Source of the DNA: an uncultured delta proteobacterium
GTDB taxonomy: Bacteria > Desulfobacterota > Binatia > UBA9968
Assembly (NCBI GenBank): GCA_963745035.1
Contig: CAVUVW010000014.1
Span: 928,001 to 992,000, forward strand
DNA length: 64,000 nt
Reading direction: 5' to 3'
A model generated the notes under the pieces. It did no database searches. It was not told where the DNA came from and saw nothing but the letters and a program-made list of their open reading frames with translations. Position numbers and translations under genes: made by a program. This document shows, piece after piece, positions 39,472 to 50,841 of the stretch; position 1 is the stretch's first letter; each line of letters starts with the position of its first letter.

Positions 39472-40215
39472 TCAGCGCGACGGCAGGCGAAGGAAGCGTT
39501 TTTCCAGACCAAAGAGATCGATAAAGGCGCGGAATACGCGTTCGCTGATCTCGCGCAAACGGGCCATGTGGCGCGACGTGTCGCCGTAGATCTGCTCGAT
39601 GTGACAGTCGCCGCGCAGGGCCGAAATTTCCGTTTGGTTCTCGGGAACTCTGAGCCAGCGGTGGATCATCGGCTCGTCGACTTCCATGTGAAACTGAAAG
39701 CCGTAAACTTTGGCGCCGTAGCGATACGCCTGGTTGGCGCACAGGAAAGAGTAAGCCAGATGGCGGGCGCTCCGGGGCATGTCGAAGGTCTCGCCGTGCC
39801 ACTGGAAAATCTTCTCGGTCTTTTGCAGCGGCAGGAGCAAAGGATCGCCGCCCGCATCATCGGTCGGCGAAACGTCGTACCAGCCGATTTCCTTTTCGGG
39901 GTTGCGATAAACTTCGGCGCCGAGGGTCTTCGCGATCAACTGGGCGCCGAGGCAGATGCCGAGGACGGGCACATCGCGCCGCATGGCGTCTTCGATCAGC
40001 TTGAGCTCGGTGGTCAAGTGGGGCAGGCGATCGGCGTCGTTGACGCTCATCGGCCCGCCGAGAACGATCAGGCCGTCGTAGCCGTCGAGGCTCGGCTGAG
40101 CGTCAGGATGGCGCGCGAAGTTGACGTAGCGGATGCGAAAACCGGCGCGCTTCAGTAACGGATTCAGCGTACCGAGGAGCTCGTGCGCGACGTGCTGCAG
40201 GACCAGAAGCTTCAT
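39472..40215 (-). CDS. Type 1 glutamine amidotransferase
   Basis: LGGPMS, GICLGAQ, FQWH, FQFHME. Confidence 0.9.
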   Translation of the reverse strand: MKLLVLQHVAHELLGTLNPLLKRAGFRIRYVNFARHPDAQPSLDGYDGLIVLGGPMSVNDADRLPHLTTELKLIEDAMRRDVPVLGICLGAQLIAKTLGAEVYRNPEKEIGWYDVSPTDDAGGDPLLLPLQKTEKIFQWHGETFDMPRSARHLAYSFLCANQAYRYGAKVYGFQFHMEVDEPMIHRWLRVPENQTEISALRGDCHIEQIYGDTSRHMARLREISERVFRAFIDLFGLEKRFLRLPSR

Positions 40216-40310
40216 CGCGGTTCAAATGCTGGGGTCATTCTTGTAGACTCAATTATAGCGGGTCGCCAGCGAGTTTTAAAACGACCGGCACCATCTTCAT
40301 GGAGGACGCC

Positions 40311-41857
40311 ATGAACAATCGTCACATCGAAGCCGCGTGGAACTATCACAACGGCACCAAGCACTCCTACGAAAGCGTTCGTACCAACCGGCACTATCTC
40401 GACTGGGAAAATCAGCCGCTGCCGTTCAAGATCTACTCGAAGCTGGCGCCCATTCCCTTGCCCGAGCAGCGAGCGCTTTCAGGCATGGCGGCGCTGGAGG
40501 CAATTTCGCTTGCCGGCACGGCCGGCGATCCATCGAAGGCTATTACAATCCAAGCTCTGGCGGATATGCTTTTCCTCTCCGCCGGCATCACCAGGCGCCG
40601 GAGCTACCCCGGCGGAGAAATTCTTTTTCGCGCCGCGGCGTGCACCGGCGCGCTGTACCACATCGATCTCTATTTGATCTGCGGGGATCTGGAAGATCTC
40701 GACGCGGGCGTGTATCACTTCAGCCCGCAGGATTTTTCACTGCGCCGCTTGCGCAAGGGCGATTATCGTTCCGCGTTGATCGACGCCAGCGGCGACGAGC
40801 CGGCCATTGCCGGCGCGCGCGTGCATGATCGCCGTCGGCCTCGACTTTCTGGCGCAACGCCTGGAAATACCAGGCGCGCGCCTACCGGCATTGCTATTGG
40901 GACAACGGCACGATCCTGGCAAACCTTCTGGCCGCTGCCGCGGCGCGCAAGATTCCGGCGAAGCTCGTCCTCGGCTTCGTCGATGCGGCGGTGAGCCGAC
41001 TTCTGGCTCTGGACAGCGGCCGCGAGGCGCCGCTGTCCATCGTCGCGCTCGGCGCCGGTTCGCGTCCCGATCCAATGTCTCCGGTCGTGGAAGCGCTCAG
41101 CTTTGAAACGGCGGCGCTGTCGAAATCGGCAATCGACTATCCCGCGATGCGAGCCATGCATCAGGCTTCGTCGCTGGAAAGCAAAGAAGAAGTTGCCGCA
41201 TGGCGCAAAGGCGCGGAAACGACAGAACGAGAAGACAGGACTAAGAGCGGCCGGCGGCTCTTTGCGTTGCGACTGCCCGGCGAGGAAGACATTCCCCAGG
41301 ACTCCGTCGAGGAAGTGATCGTGCGGCGCGGCTCGACCCGCGAGTTCGCACGGGTGCCGATAAGCTTCACCGAGCTCTCCCTCATGATCGACCGCGCCAC
41401 GCGCGGCATCGACAGCGATTTCCGCTCTCTTGATGCATTGCCGTTGAACGAGCTCTATCTGATCGTCCATGCGGTCGAAGGACTGCCCGCCGGCGCATAC
41501 GTGTTTCGGCGGCGCGAGCGCGCGCTCGAATTGTTGAAAGAAGGCGACTTTCGCCGCGAGGCGGGCGAGCTCGGCTTGGGTCAGGCGATTCCCGCCGATT
41601 GCAGCGTGAACGTTTACTTTCTGGCGGATCTGCGCGACACGCTCGCGCGCTTCGGCAACCGCGGTTATCGCGCCGCACAGCTCGAAGCCGCGGTCATGGG
41701 TGGAAAGCTCTATCTTGCGGCCTACGCCCAGCGCCTGGGCGCCTCGGGGCTGACTTTCTTCGATGACGATGTCACGGCATTCTTCTCGCCTGACGCAGCC
41801 GGGAAAAGCGTGATGTTTCTCATCGCGCTCGGCAAACCGGCAAAGCGGCAAAAGTGA
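40311..41857 (+). CDS. SagB/ThcOx-family two-domain nitroreductase-like protein (frameshifted)
   Basis: YHNGTKHS, RAAACTGALY, RRGSTREF, GYRAAQLEA. Confidence 0.85.
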
Positions 41858-42290
41858 ATTCATAAGCGGCGCGCACGCGAGCTTTGTCGGGGGTTCGCCA
41901 AAACGACGGCGTCCCGAAGCTTGCGCGGCCTGCTCATCGCTAGGCCATCCGGAACCTGGAATCGATAGCTCTCGCGTTCTTCTTCCCCGAGCAACCCGCG
42001 GATACACGGCGTCAACCGCAGTTACCCCGCTCGTTGACGTCGGCGAAAGCCGGCGGTGTTCGCGTTTCGCAAATCCAGTGATTTGCAGCGAAACCAAAAG
42101 AAAAAACATGCGGTGGCATTGACGTTGCTCTAGCCGAATCACGTGAGCGGGAAGAGGCTTTCGAGCAATTCACACAACGGCGCGCGAGCGGGCAGGGTGC
42201 CGCGTGGCCGGTTCATCATTCTGCGCACTGACAATCAAGCCGAGCTCGACTGAACCCACTCTCGTTGGGGCAGGACGAAAGGAGAGTCGT

Positions 42291-43652
42291 ATGCGCGCGA
42301 TCTTCATGAGTTATCGTAGGGAAGATACCGAAGGCCAGGCGGGCCGCTTGTTCGATGATCTTGCGCGACACTTTGGCGAGCATTCGGTTTTCATGGATGT
42401 TGCCGGTATCGAGCCGGGTCGCGATTTTCGCCGCGTCATTGACGAGCATGTGGCTTCCTGCGGCGTTCTGCTGGCGATGATCGGCAAGAGCTGGATCGAA
42501 GCGAAAGACGGCTCGGGTCGCCGCCGGCTGGACGACCCCATGGATTTTGTGCGTCTCGAAACCGCCTCGGCATTGAAGCGCGATATTCCGGTCATTCCGG
42601 TGCTCGTGCATGGAGCGAGCATGCCGCGAGCCGAACAGTTGCCCGAAGATTTAGCGGAGCTCGCCTATCGCAATGGAGTCGAAGTGACGCATGTGCGCTG
42701 GGATTCCGATGTGCAGGTGCTGATCAAAGCGCTGGGTCCTTATGTGGAATCAGCGGAAAAAAACAGCGGCAGGGGAAACGGCGCGCCGGCGAATGGAGCG
42801 TCAAAGGCGCGGACAATGGCTGCGGCGGTCTCTGCCGACGCATCACAAAATTTCGACGGCGTGCAGCGGGCTGGGTTGCCGGAAGCGAAAAAATCTCTGG
42901 CGACCATCGTCGCGGCAGTCGCGGCGGCTCTGGTGATCGGCGCCGGCGGCTACCTCTGGTATCAGGTGTCGTCCGAGCGCGCCCGGATGGTAAGGCAGGC
43001 GGCATTGTTGGAAGAGGCGAAAAAGAAAGCGGCCGCCGAGCAGCTCGAAGCGAAGAGACGGACCGAAGAGAAGGGAATGGCGGATGCTCTTGAAGCGAAG
43101 AAATACGCGGCCGAGAAGGCCCTGGCCGCGGAAATGGAAGCGAAGCGCCGGGTGCAGGAACACGCCCTCGACGCAAGGAGACAAGCTCAAGAAAGAGAAT
43201 ACGCTCAGGAGCTCGAAACCAAGCGACGTGCCCAGCAACTCGCCGAAGCAGAGAAGCGCGCGGCCGAAAAGCGCGCGCAAGAAATCGCGCTCGCAGAAAA
43301 ACGCGAAGCCGAAACACAAGCCCGCGAGCGCGCCGCCGCCGCGGAACGGGAAAGGATGAGAATCGCGCAGGAAAGGGCCGCTGCGGCGCAGCGCGCGCGC
43401 TGGCCATCCTATAACTTCCCGCCGCCCAACGGCGGCTTGCTGGTCTACACGATCATGCCGGACGGCAATCCCGCCTGCGCCTCTTACGACGGCGGGGGTT
43501 GCCTGTGGGGAGTCACCTACGATCAGATCGATTTCCGTCGACTGAAACCGTTAGTCTGCGGTGAACAGCATCGCGCACGGTTCGGTGTCACCGGCTACGA
43601 AAACCTTAGACATTGGTGCAGTTTGGCAAGAAGGCTGCGCGATCGCCGATAA
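42291..43652 (+). CDS. TIR domain - TM - coiled-coil stalk - Cys-rich C-terminal domain protein
   Basis: IFMSYRRED, VFMDV, DFVRLE, IPVIPVLV; TM IVAAVAAALVIGAGGYLWY; E/A/K/R stalk; AGGAG RBS. Confidence 0.88.
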   Translation: MRAIFMSYRREDTEGQAGRLFDDLARHFGEHSVFMDVAGIEPGRDFRRVIDEHVASCGVLLAMIGKSWIEAKDGSGRRRLDDPMDFVRLETASALKRDIPVIPVLVHGASMPRAEQLPEDLAELAYRNGVEVTHVRWDSDVQVLIKALGPYVESAEKNSGRGNGAPANGASKARTMAAAVSADASQNFDGVQRAGLPEAKKSLATIVAAVAAALVIGAGGYLWYQVSSERARMVRQAALLEEAKKKAAAEQLEAKRRTEEKGMADALEAKKYAAEKALAAEMEAKRRVQEHALDARRQAQEREYAQELETKRRAQQLAEAEKRAAEKRAQEIALAEKREAETQARERAAAAERERMRIAQERAAAAQRARWPSYNFPPPNGGLLVYTIMPDGNPACASYDGGGCLWGVTYDQIDFRRLKPLVCGEQHRARFGVTGYENLRHWCSLARRLRDRR

Positions 43653-44029
43653 GGCGCTGACTGGCGACTGTCTCGGATGAAAATATTTCTCGGTTAATCC
43701 GTGTGGCGAGCGAGAGATGAGGTCAATCCGCTAACGATTCGGTGCTGAGGCAGGTTGCCGATTGGAGCATCGTAAGAGAGATCATGGCGGAGCGAGGAAG
43801 GATCCCGCCATGGTTGAAACAATATGACCCTTGAATCCCCCCTAAGCTGCGTGGCTCGCGTCGGCGCTCCGCACACTTGATCTGGCATCAAGTTCGTTTT
43901 CTCTCCGTTCTCTCTTGACCCGGCTGTGTGTCCTGCCCGGCGTGACCCCGGTTCCCTTCGAGGCACGTTCCTGACATTACCGAAAATTACTTTGACAGTT
44001 GGCCGTGGGCAGGCTCTAATTGGTGGGGA

Positions 44030-44314
44030 ATGCAATTAAAACTTTCGATCGGAGACGCAACCACTTCCAATGTAAAGAACTATGGCGTTTCCGTCTCCTG
44101 CAACAAATGTGGAGGCATACATGACATGGAGGTCTCGGTCACAATGACGGATGGCCCGATTGTAATGCAAAGTCTCGCTTCCTTGTTTGACGCGAAGGCC
44201 CTTTCGAAAATCCTCTCGGACCTGAGCGGCAATAGTATCACCTGCCCCAAGACGGGAAGACAAACCTCGCAAAAAAACAGTCACCATATCTTTTTAGTTC
44301 CACCCAAAAGCTGA
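44030..44314 (+). CDS. Small Zn-ribbon-like protein
   Basis: CNKCGGIH...CPKTG. Confidence 0.6.
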   Translation: MQLKLSIGDATTSNVKNYGVSVSCNKCGGIHDMEVSVTMTDGPIVMQSLASLFDAKALSKILSDLSGNSITCPKTGRQTSQKNSHHIFLVPPKS

Positions 44315-44538
44315 TCGTCAATGCCGCCTGCAAGGCGAGCTTATTCGAGCGGCACTTGATTCGGAATCAAGTTCGTTTTCGGATGGAGGAAAGATGCCGC
44401 CCTGATGAGGGCGCTCGTGCCAGTGGCTTCGCATTTAGCGGCGAGCTTGAACTTGACAAGGGCATGGACTTGGCGCGGCGGCTCATGAAGAAAACCGCAC
44501 AAGGCAACCAGCGCTCGCAGCCCGCTGTAACAGCTCGT

Positions 44539-44949
44539 TTAACTTCCAAATAGTTTCTTGCCAAGAAAATAACCAAAAATCGTTGCAGCTAGGACGAGGC
44601 TGCCTGAAAGAATGCCCTTACCCAATGTCACGTAGTTAGGGTGTTGCCTGAGCTTGCCGCCAACGAACTCGGCAATGACGCGCGGAAGCAGAGCACTCGC
44701 ACCGACGAAGCGGTCGCTGAGACGATTAACGTCGAAATGACCTCCGGCAACCAGGATAGGGGTCTCTTTGTACTTCACGCCAATACCTTCGCCATTGTCA
44801 ACAGCCGTGTGGAGAAACCCCAGCTCAGCGGTCCACATCAAAGCGTGCTCTGAGTGCGGCTTGTCAAGGTCATCAGATCGGAACCACCGGCGCTGAGGCT
44901 CATTAGGAATCTGGCGCACTTTAAGAATTTCGGTGAGCAGACTCATCAT
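44539..44949 (-). CDS. Hypothetical protein
   Basis: VRQIPNEPQRRWF...EHALMW...VDNGE; C-terminal TM. Confidence 0.55.
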   Translation of the reverse strand: MMSLLTEILKVRQIPNEPQRRWFRSDDLDKPHSEHALMWTAELGFLHTAVDNGEGIGVKYKETPILVAGGHFDVNRLSDRFVGASALLPRVIAEFVGGKLRQHPNYVTLGKGILSGSLVLAATIFGYFLGKKLFGS

Positions 44950-45174
44950 CGGGGAACCTAACTAGTGAGTATACTGACCAGCGTTTGCGGATATTAATAT
45001 CGGCAAATGCCGCCCGCAAGCTGATTGCCGATCTGCTGTGCTAGTTGTGTGCTAGTTCAATCCGCGAACAAAGACGAGGAGAGAAGAAGGCACTCGTTTT
45101 CTGTTGGTTTTTGCTGGTTATGCGGATTGGCACTCACCACCACGAGACTCGAAATCAAGTGCACGCGGAAACTC

Positions 45175-45417
45175 TTAGTCGCGGTGTCCGTTGCCGTTGA
45201 GCAGTGTCCGGCCGTTTTCGGTGAGCATCACTTCAGCAGCGTGGCCCGTTCCGTTGCGGTTGATCTCGATGTAACCGTCGGCGATCGCGTCTTCCCAGAT
45301 CATGTGCCGTGGGCAATGGCTTTGCCATAGGTTCATGGCTTCGTCATAGGTGCGCCGTTGGCTCGAGATCCAGGAAAGAAATTCCAACATCAACAGATCG
45401 TGCGACAGTTGAGACAT
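45175..45417 (-). CDS. Small putative winged-helix protein
   Basis: RTYDEAM..WQSHCPR..IWEDA...LTENGR; GGGAGG RBS. Confidence 0.65.
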   Translation of the reverse strand: MSQLSHDLLMLEFLSWISSQRRTYDEAMNLWQSHCPRHMIWEDAIADGYIEINRNGTGHAAEVMLTENGRTLLNGNGHRD

Positions 45418-45461
45418 TGCCCCCTCCCATTCTTTGAGCTGGGTGAAATCGTGTTCCTATA

Positions 45462-45870
45462 TTACACCGGAATGCCCAATTGTTTAAACCAGGTCGCCCG
45501 GTCCCAGTAGCCGCGTTGATACTTGATCTTGCCGTCAACGACGTGAAAGAAGCCGCAGCCTCTGAGGCTGAACGTCTTGCCGTTCGGCTGCATGCCGGCA
45601 AACTCGCCTTGCCAAGTGGCGCTACCGGACCACTCCGGCATCGCCCATTCCCCGGCTTCGAACAAATTTTCGATGTGGGTCACGTTATCGGGGAAGGCCA
45701 CGAAGAATATCGTCAGATCCTGTTTGATCTTTGTGAGACCGACGACAGGCGGGCCGGCTGCGACTTGCCAATTCGTCGCGTCGCCGTGGTAAAGCGCAGC
45801 CGCAGCGAGCAGCGTCGCGAGCGTTGAAAGCTGCGACCCATTCCTCAATCACTTCACGCGGTGTTTTCAT
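45462..45870 (-). CDS. SnoaL/NTF2-like ester cyclase family (frameshift near 45810)
   Basis: WVAAFN, AFPD, GCGFFHVVDGKI..QRGYWD. Confidence 0.8.
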
Positions 45871-45915
45871 TCTAGGATTGTCGAAGGTCGGGTTTCGGGC
45901 GAGCGTCGCTCGCCT

Positions 45916-46257
45916 CTACTTCGACTCCGCGCGCACGTATAGCTTCTGTGGAGCTTTGTCGAAGTACTTGAATAGCGCGGGACAGAGCCAACCTTCCATA
46001 TCGAACTGAGGAGAATAGTACCAATTGCCGCCGTATTCTTCGCGGCGCCAGTCGATCTCGACTGCGTAGCCGGGAAACGGAGACGCCGAGAACAGCAGAC
46101 GAAATCCGTTCTCTGAATTGGGAATCGAAGAAACCAACTGATCGATCATTTTGTCGATGCCGGCAACAAACGGCTCTCTGCGCAAGCCCACCGCCGGGTC
46201 ATCGAACACCCACATGCCCTCGTGTTTGTACGGCGCTATCAAGCCGATGCTGTTCAT
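45916..46257 (-). CDS. DUF6717-like conserved protein
   Basis: WVFDD...EPFVAG...GWLCPALFKYF. Confidence 0.75.
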   Translation of the reverse strand: MNSIGLIAPYKHEGMWVFDDPAVGLRREPFVAGIDKMIDQLVSSIPNSENGFRLLFSASPFPGYAVEIDWRREEYGGNWYYSPQFDMEGWLCPALFKYFDKAPQKLYVRAESK

Positions 46258-46282
46258 TTCTTTTGTTCCGGCGCTGAAAGTT

Positions 46283-47707
46283 CTATGCCGGTCTCCGATC
46301 GAAATACTTCCCGTACTTTTTCGCGACCTTGTTCTTCAACTCTTCGCTCGCCGCCGACGCCTTGGGAAAATCCTTGGCCCATTCGTAAGGCTTGGTGGCG
46401 TCGATAACCGCTCGGGAGCTGAAGCCTTTTTGATCCTTGGGAATGATCGGATCGAGCGGGCCGCTCCAGGCGCGGCGGATGAAGTCGGTGTCGGCTTGCG
46501 GATCGACGCGCGTGCACATGGCCCAGAGCACGTCGTTCATATCGTAGACGTCGATATCGTCGTCGACGACCACGACGTAGCGGCCGAGATAGGCGCCGGT
46601 CTGGCACTGCGCGGCGATCATCGCGGCTTGCTTGGCATGCCCGGGATAGCGCTGCTTGATCGACACGGCGGTGAAAAATCGTCCTTGGTAGCAACCGACA
46701 CCGCGCACGTCGGGCACGCCGGCTTTGTCCAAGTGGTCCCAGATGAACGCGGATCGGAGTAAGCCGTCGTCGGCGCCGCCGGGCGGGCGCGAAGACGGCG
46801 CGGCGGTAATGATGGGGTGCGTTCGATGCATGAGCCGTTTGACTTTCAAGAATCGGCTCTGTTCGCTCGCCGCTCGCGTAGTAGCCGGTCCATTCGCCGT
46901 AGGGGCCTTCGCGTTTTTGCTCGGTGGGAATGCACTTCGCCTTCGATGGTGATTTCCGAATAGGCCGGGATCGGCAGGCCGGTGTGTTTGCCGAGGATGA
47001 CTTCGACGGCTTCGCCGCGGATGCCGCCGGCATAGTCGTATTCGGATCGGCCCCATGGCATATGGTTGGCCGCGGTCATGAGCAGGAGCGGATCGTCGCC
47101 GAAGCTGATGGCGACGGGAAAAGGCTTGCCCTGATCGAAATATTTCTGGCGCATGATGCGGCCGTGCTTACCGGGCGAGATGTAGAGCGCGAGAGTATCG
47201 CGATCATGCACCATGACGCGGTAACAACCGAGATTGACCCAACCCTCGTCGATGTCGCGGGAAATCACCAGATGCGCGGTGCCGAGGTAGCGCCCGCCGT
47301 CTTCCTCATGCCAGCGCGGCACGGGCAGGGAGAGCAGATCGATATCTTTGCCCTCTAAAACATTCTCCATCACCGGTCCGCTCTGAACGCTGCGCGGCGG
47401 AATGAACTTCTGATTGTTGAGACGTTCTTTCCACGCCTGGATGAACTCGCGGCGGCCGTAGTCGAGCGGGAGATGAGTTGTCAGACATTGGCGCTTGAGC
47501 GACTGGTGATGCACGCCGACGAGCACGCGGTGGCCAGCGGGATAGTCCTTGATCTCGTCGAACAGAATCGCCGGGTAGGGCTCGTTGCGCGCATAGACTT
47601 CGGTGAGCGCGCCCATTTCCAAATTCCAATCGACACCGGGAATGCGCTTCAGCTCGCCGAATTTTTCGAACTTCGTCAATCCAGCCTCGCAGATCCGAAT
47701 AGAGCAT
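46283..47707 (-). CDS. UbiD-family decarboxylase (several frameshifts)
   Basis: DLRGWI, EDGGRY, NLGCYR, EGPYGEWTGYY, VDDDID, IDATKP. Confidence 0.9.
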
Positions 47708-47746
47708 GGTTGGCCTTCCTGATGGCGCTAAATGTTTCGCCCTCAT

Positions 47747-48531
47747 TCAACTCCAATCGCGGTCATATTTCAAGAGTGATTTCTGAATAGCGTGATAAAT
47801 CCCCCGTGTCCGGCTGACTAAAGGCGGTCGATATTCCGATTCTAGTAGGGGCGTATGGCATACGCCCAGTCTATGCTTCGCGTACGGTTTCCACCCCTCC
47901 CTCCAATCCAAATATTCCAAGCCGATGAAGCGCTTCTTGTAGTCGTAGGAGAACGGCTCATGATAGGCGTAACCGGGATAATAGTAGCGGTAGCCCTGTT
48001 CTCGCGTGAATTCGATCGAGTGGAGCATCATTAAAATTCCCAGACTTCTCCTCGTCTCTGCCGGATCGAAGATCGCATAAACCGCCGAAGTCGCCCTCTC
48101 GCCGAGATCGAGAAACGTCACCCCCAGACAGTTTCTGTTCGAGATAGACACATAGCTCCAGGTTGCGGCAGGGGACCGCATCGGGAATCGGCGATAAGAA
48201 GGTATCCAGCGAGTCAGGGACGTTTTCCTTGAATCGGCGCCGGTGTTTTAAAAACAAGGCGCGTTTTTCTCTGTCCATGCGACGAAGGTCGAAGCAGAGC
48301 ACTCAGGTCGCTATTTACCCTCAAGATGCGTTTGAGGCTTCGGGTGAGAACGAACCGGGAAATATCGAGCCGCAGCGGCAACACGGAATAGAGTTCGCCG
48401 CCATGAACCGCGGTGCGGTAGCGGAAGAAAAGAACGCCGAAGTGCCGCCAGCCTTCCGCCCAGTAGCGATCCATTTCGCCGGGAGCGGCTTCGAAGCAGA
48501 TGAAATGCTCGGCGTCGTCCTGTGATGTCAT
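47747..48531 (-). CDS. Arginyl/leucyl-tRNA-protein transferase (ATE/Bpt-like), frameshifted
   Basis: GWRHFG, SAVYAIFDP, RSLG, YYYPGY, YKKRF. Confidence 0.8.
47845..47867. repeat. GTAG-type REP palindrome
   Basis: GTAG-GGGCGTATG-G-CATACGCCC. Confidence 0.5.
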
Positions 48532-48616
48532 TGCCGCAACCGGGTCAAGGCTGACTAGAAATAGAAAGGGCATCCTGTCCGACAGGATGCCCCCGGCATC
48601 GATGCGGGATCGCGGT

Positions 48617-49633
48617 TTACTTGCTTTTGTACACTTTGTCGAAGAACCCTTCGTCGTCGAGCTTTTTGAGCCAACTAGAGTCGACAATCCGCTCTGCTTT
48701 GATGGAAGCGACCTTGGGATTCTGCTCAGCGACATATTTGATCACGGTTCTGGTGCCTTCGAGAGTGGGGTAGGGCTTCCGATCGAGTTCTTCCAACGCC
48801 TCTACATAGAAATCTTCAGCAGCGTCGACGTTGGGTAACCGCAGATTCTTCGCCAGTACCTCTTTCACAGCTTGCTTGTTCTCTTTGTTGAAGACGTAAG
48901 CGTAGCCCTCGACGAGAGCCCGGATAAAGGAATCATAAAGCTTGGGATTCGCAGCCATGTAGTCTCGGCGCGACGCGAGCACCGTGTTTTGATAAGGGAT
49001 CTTCGCCTGGTTCATGTTCAACAACTGAGTGTAGCCTTTGGCGATCATGGTCTTGGTCGCGAGCCGCTGCAGCATCGCCGCATCGAGGCCTTTCTGCTCC
49101 AGCGCCGCCATGCGCTCCGGGTCAAGCCCTGTTTGCATCAGAATGACGTTGTCTCGCTTCACATCGAGCTTTAGATGATCCAGAGCGATCAGCGCTGACA
49201 CATGCGACGATCCGCCGAAGCGCGCGGTGCCCAGCCGCTTGCCCCGAAGATCCGCCGCGGTCTTGATAGTCGGCTGTGTGATGAGCGCAAAGGGCGAGGT
49301 GTTGCTGATGCCGAGAAACATCGCGATATCGACGCCGTTGGCGATCAGGCTCAAGAGTGCGGCCGGCGCGTTAGCGGCGATCTGAATTTCGCCGGCCGCC
49401 AGCATCTGGCTGACGAGAGCGCCGCCCATGACGAATAGCAACTGCACGTCGACGCCGTGTTTGTCGAAAATCTTCTTGTCCCGCGCCACCCACAGCGGCG
49501 TATTGTGGGGCGTCGCCGTGGAAACGGCCAGCTTGAGCTGCTGGGGTCGAGATGACTGAGCTTGGATTAAAGAAGCGCTCACGAAGATTAGTAGAAGAAT
49601 GGCGAGCGCGCTGCGAAGCGGTTTACGAGTCAT
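48617..49633 (-). CDS. ABC substrate-binding protein (SsuA/THI5-like)
   Basis: Signal peptide, KHGVDVQL, DLRGKRLG. Confidence 0.88.
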   Translation of the reverse strand: MTRKPLRSALAILLLIFVSASLIQAQSSRPQQLKLAVSTATPHNTPLWVARDKKIFDKHGVDVQLLFVMGGALVSQMLAAGEIQIAANAPAALLSLIANGVDIAMFLGISNTSPFALITQPTIKTAADLRGKRLGTARFGGSSHVSALIALDHLKLDVKRDNVILMQTGLDPERMAALEQKGLDAAMLQRLATKTMIAKGYTQLLNMNQAKIPYQNTVLASRRDYMAANPKLYDSFIRALVEGYAYVFNKENKQAVKEVLAKNLRLPNVDAAEDFYVEALEELDRKPYPTLEGTRTVIKYVAEQNPKVASIKAERIVDSSWLKKLDDEGFFDKVYKSK

Positions 49634-49815
49634 TGAGCTTTTCCTCCGAAGTTGTTGTCTGGTCGTCTCGTTCCAGCACGAGTATAGCACGCTGTCACCC
49701 CATCCCGAATTGGCAGACGAGAATCAGGCGGGCAGCGCTAGAAGCGTACAATCTGAGCCGGTGGATTCAATCTCGGCCGGTAGTTGATTGCCAGGGGAGG
49801 TTCCAGGCAGAACGG

Positions 49816-50841
49816 CTATTTCTCGAGCAATCGCTTCATCCGCTCCACAACCTCAGGCGGCTGCGTGATGACTTCGCGCGCCAGCGATTCTAGCTGCTCG
49901 CCCGCGACCGGGTCGATGTCGAGTTTTCTTTCTCTCGCTTGTGCCTGAAAGTCCGGATCGTTCAATGTCTTTGCGAAAGCCGTCTTGAGAATTTGCGCGC
50001 GCTCCGGTGGCAGGCCGGGAGTGGCGACATAGGGACGGCCGAAGGCGCCGACGGCGAGGATGATCGTGGCCAGGCGTTTGCCGGCGTCGGGAGTCTTGTG
50101 CTCGTTCATCAACTCCCAGATCGTCGGAACGTCGGGCAAGCGCGGATCGCGCTTCTTGCCGGTTTGGATCAACACCCGCACAAAGCCGTTCTTGAACCAG
50201 CCGATGAGCGGCTCTCGTCCGAATAGAGTTTCGAGCGATATGCCGCGGCAATGGATCTCCTCGCGCTCGACGGCGAGGTCGACTTCCGGCCCATCCTTGT
50301 ATCCCGTGAGAGTATGAAACTTCGCGCCAAGGGTTTCCTCGATCAGGTTGCCGGTGTAATAGCCGGTGGAAGACGTGCCGGTGGCGCCGCATTTGGGCGG
50401 CACCGACGCTTTGCGCACGTCCTGGATCGTTTTGTAGGGCGTGTTGGCGCGGATGTAGATGATCTGCTCGACCTGCGTCGGCGTGCCGAGCCAGGTAAAC
50501 TTCGGCCAATCGAACTGAACTTCCTTACGGCCGACGAGCTGATCGAAATAAAGGCCGGCGCGAATGCCGCCGAGGGTAAGACCGTCGGGCTTGGCGACTT
50601 TGTAAACGTAGTTCGCCGCGATCATTGCGCCGGCGCCGGGCATGTTTTGCACGATGATGTTGGGATTGCCGGGAGTGTATTTGCCCAGGTAGCGCGCCAG
50701 CATGCGCGTCCAGGCGTCATCGACGCTCCCCGCGCCGTAGCCGGCGACGATGCGGATGGTTTTATCTTGAAAGAACGGTGCCTGAGCCGGCGCGTTGCGC
50801 GAAACGAGGACGAGAACGAGAACCAGCAAGAGTTTGTTCAT
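49816..50841 (-). CDS. Tripartite tricarboxylate transporter substrate-binding protein (Bug/TctC)
   Basis: VQNMPGAG, KPDGLT, LPDVPT. Confidence 0.9.
   Translation of the reverse strand: MNKLLLVLVLVLVSRNAPAQAPFFQDKTIRIVAGYGAGSVDDAWTRMLARYLGKYTPGNPNIIVQNMPGAGAMIAANYVYKVAKPDGLTLGGIRAGLYFDQLVGRKEVQFDWPKFTWLGTPTQVEQIIYIRANTPYKTIQDVRKASVPPKCGATGTSSTGYYTGNLIEETLGAKFHTLTGYKDGPEVDLAVEREEIHCRGISLETLFGREPLIGWFKNGFVRVLIQTGKKRDPRLPDVPTIWELMNEHKTPDAGKRLATIILAVGAFGRPYVATPGLPPERAQILKTAFAKTLNDPDFQAQARERKLDIDPVAGEQLESLAREVITQPPEVVERMKRLLEK

Noticed and set aside
40311-41857. RiPP (azole) biosynthetic cluster around the SagB-like gene
   Set aside because: No YcaO, E1-like protein or precursor peptide nearby
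42291-43652. Thoeris, CBASS or Pycsar system
   Set aside because: No SIR2/macro effector or cyclase partner nearby
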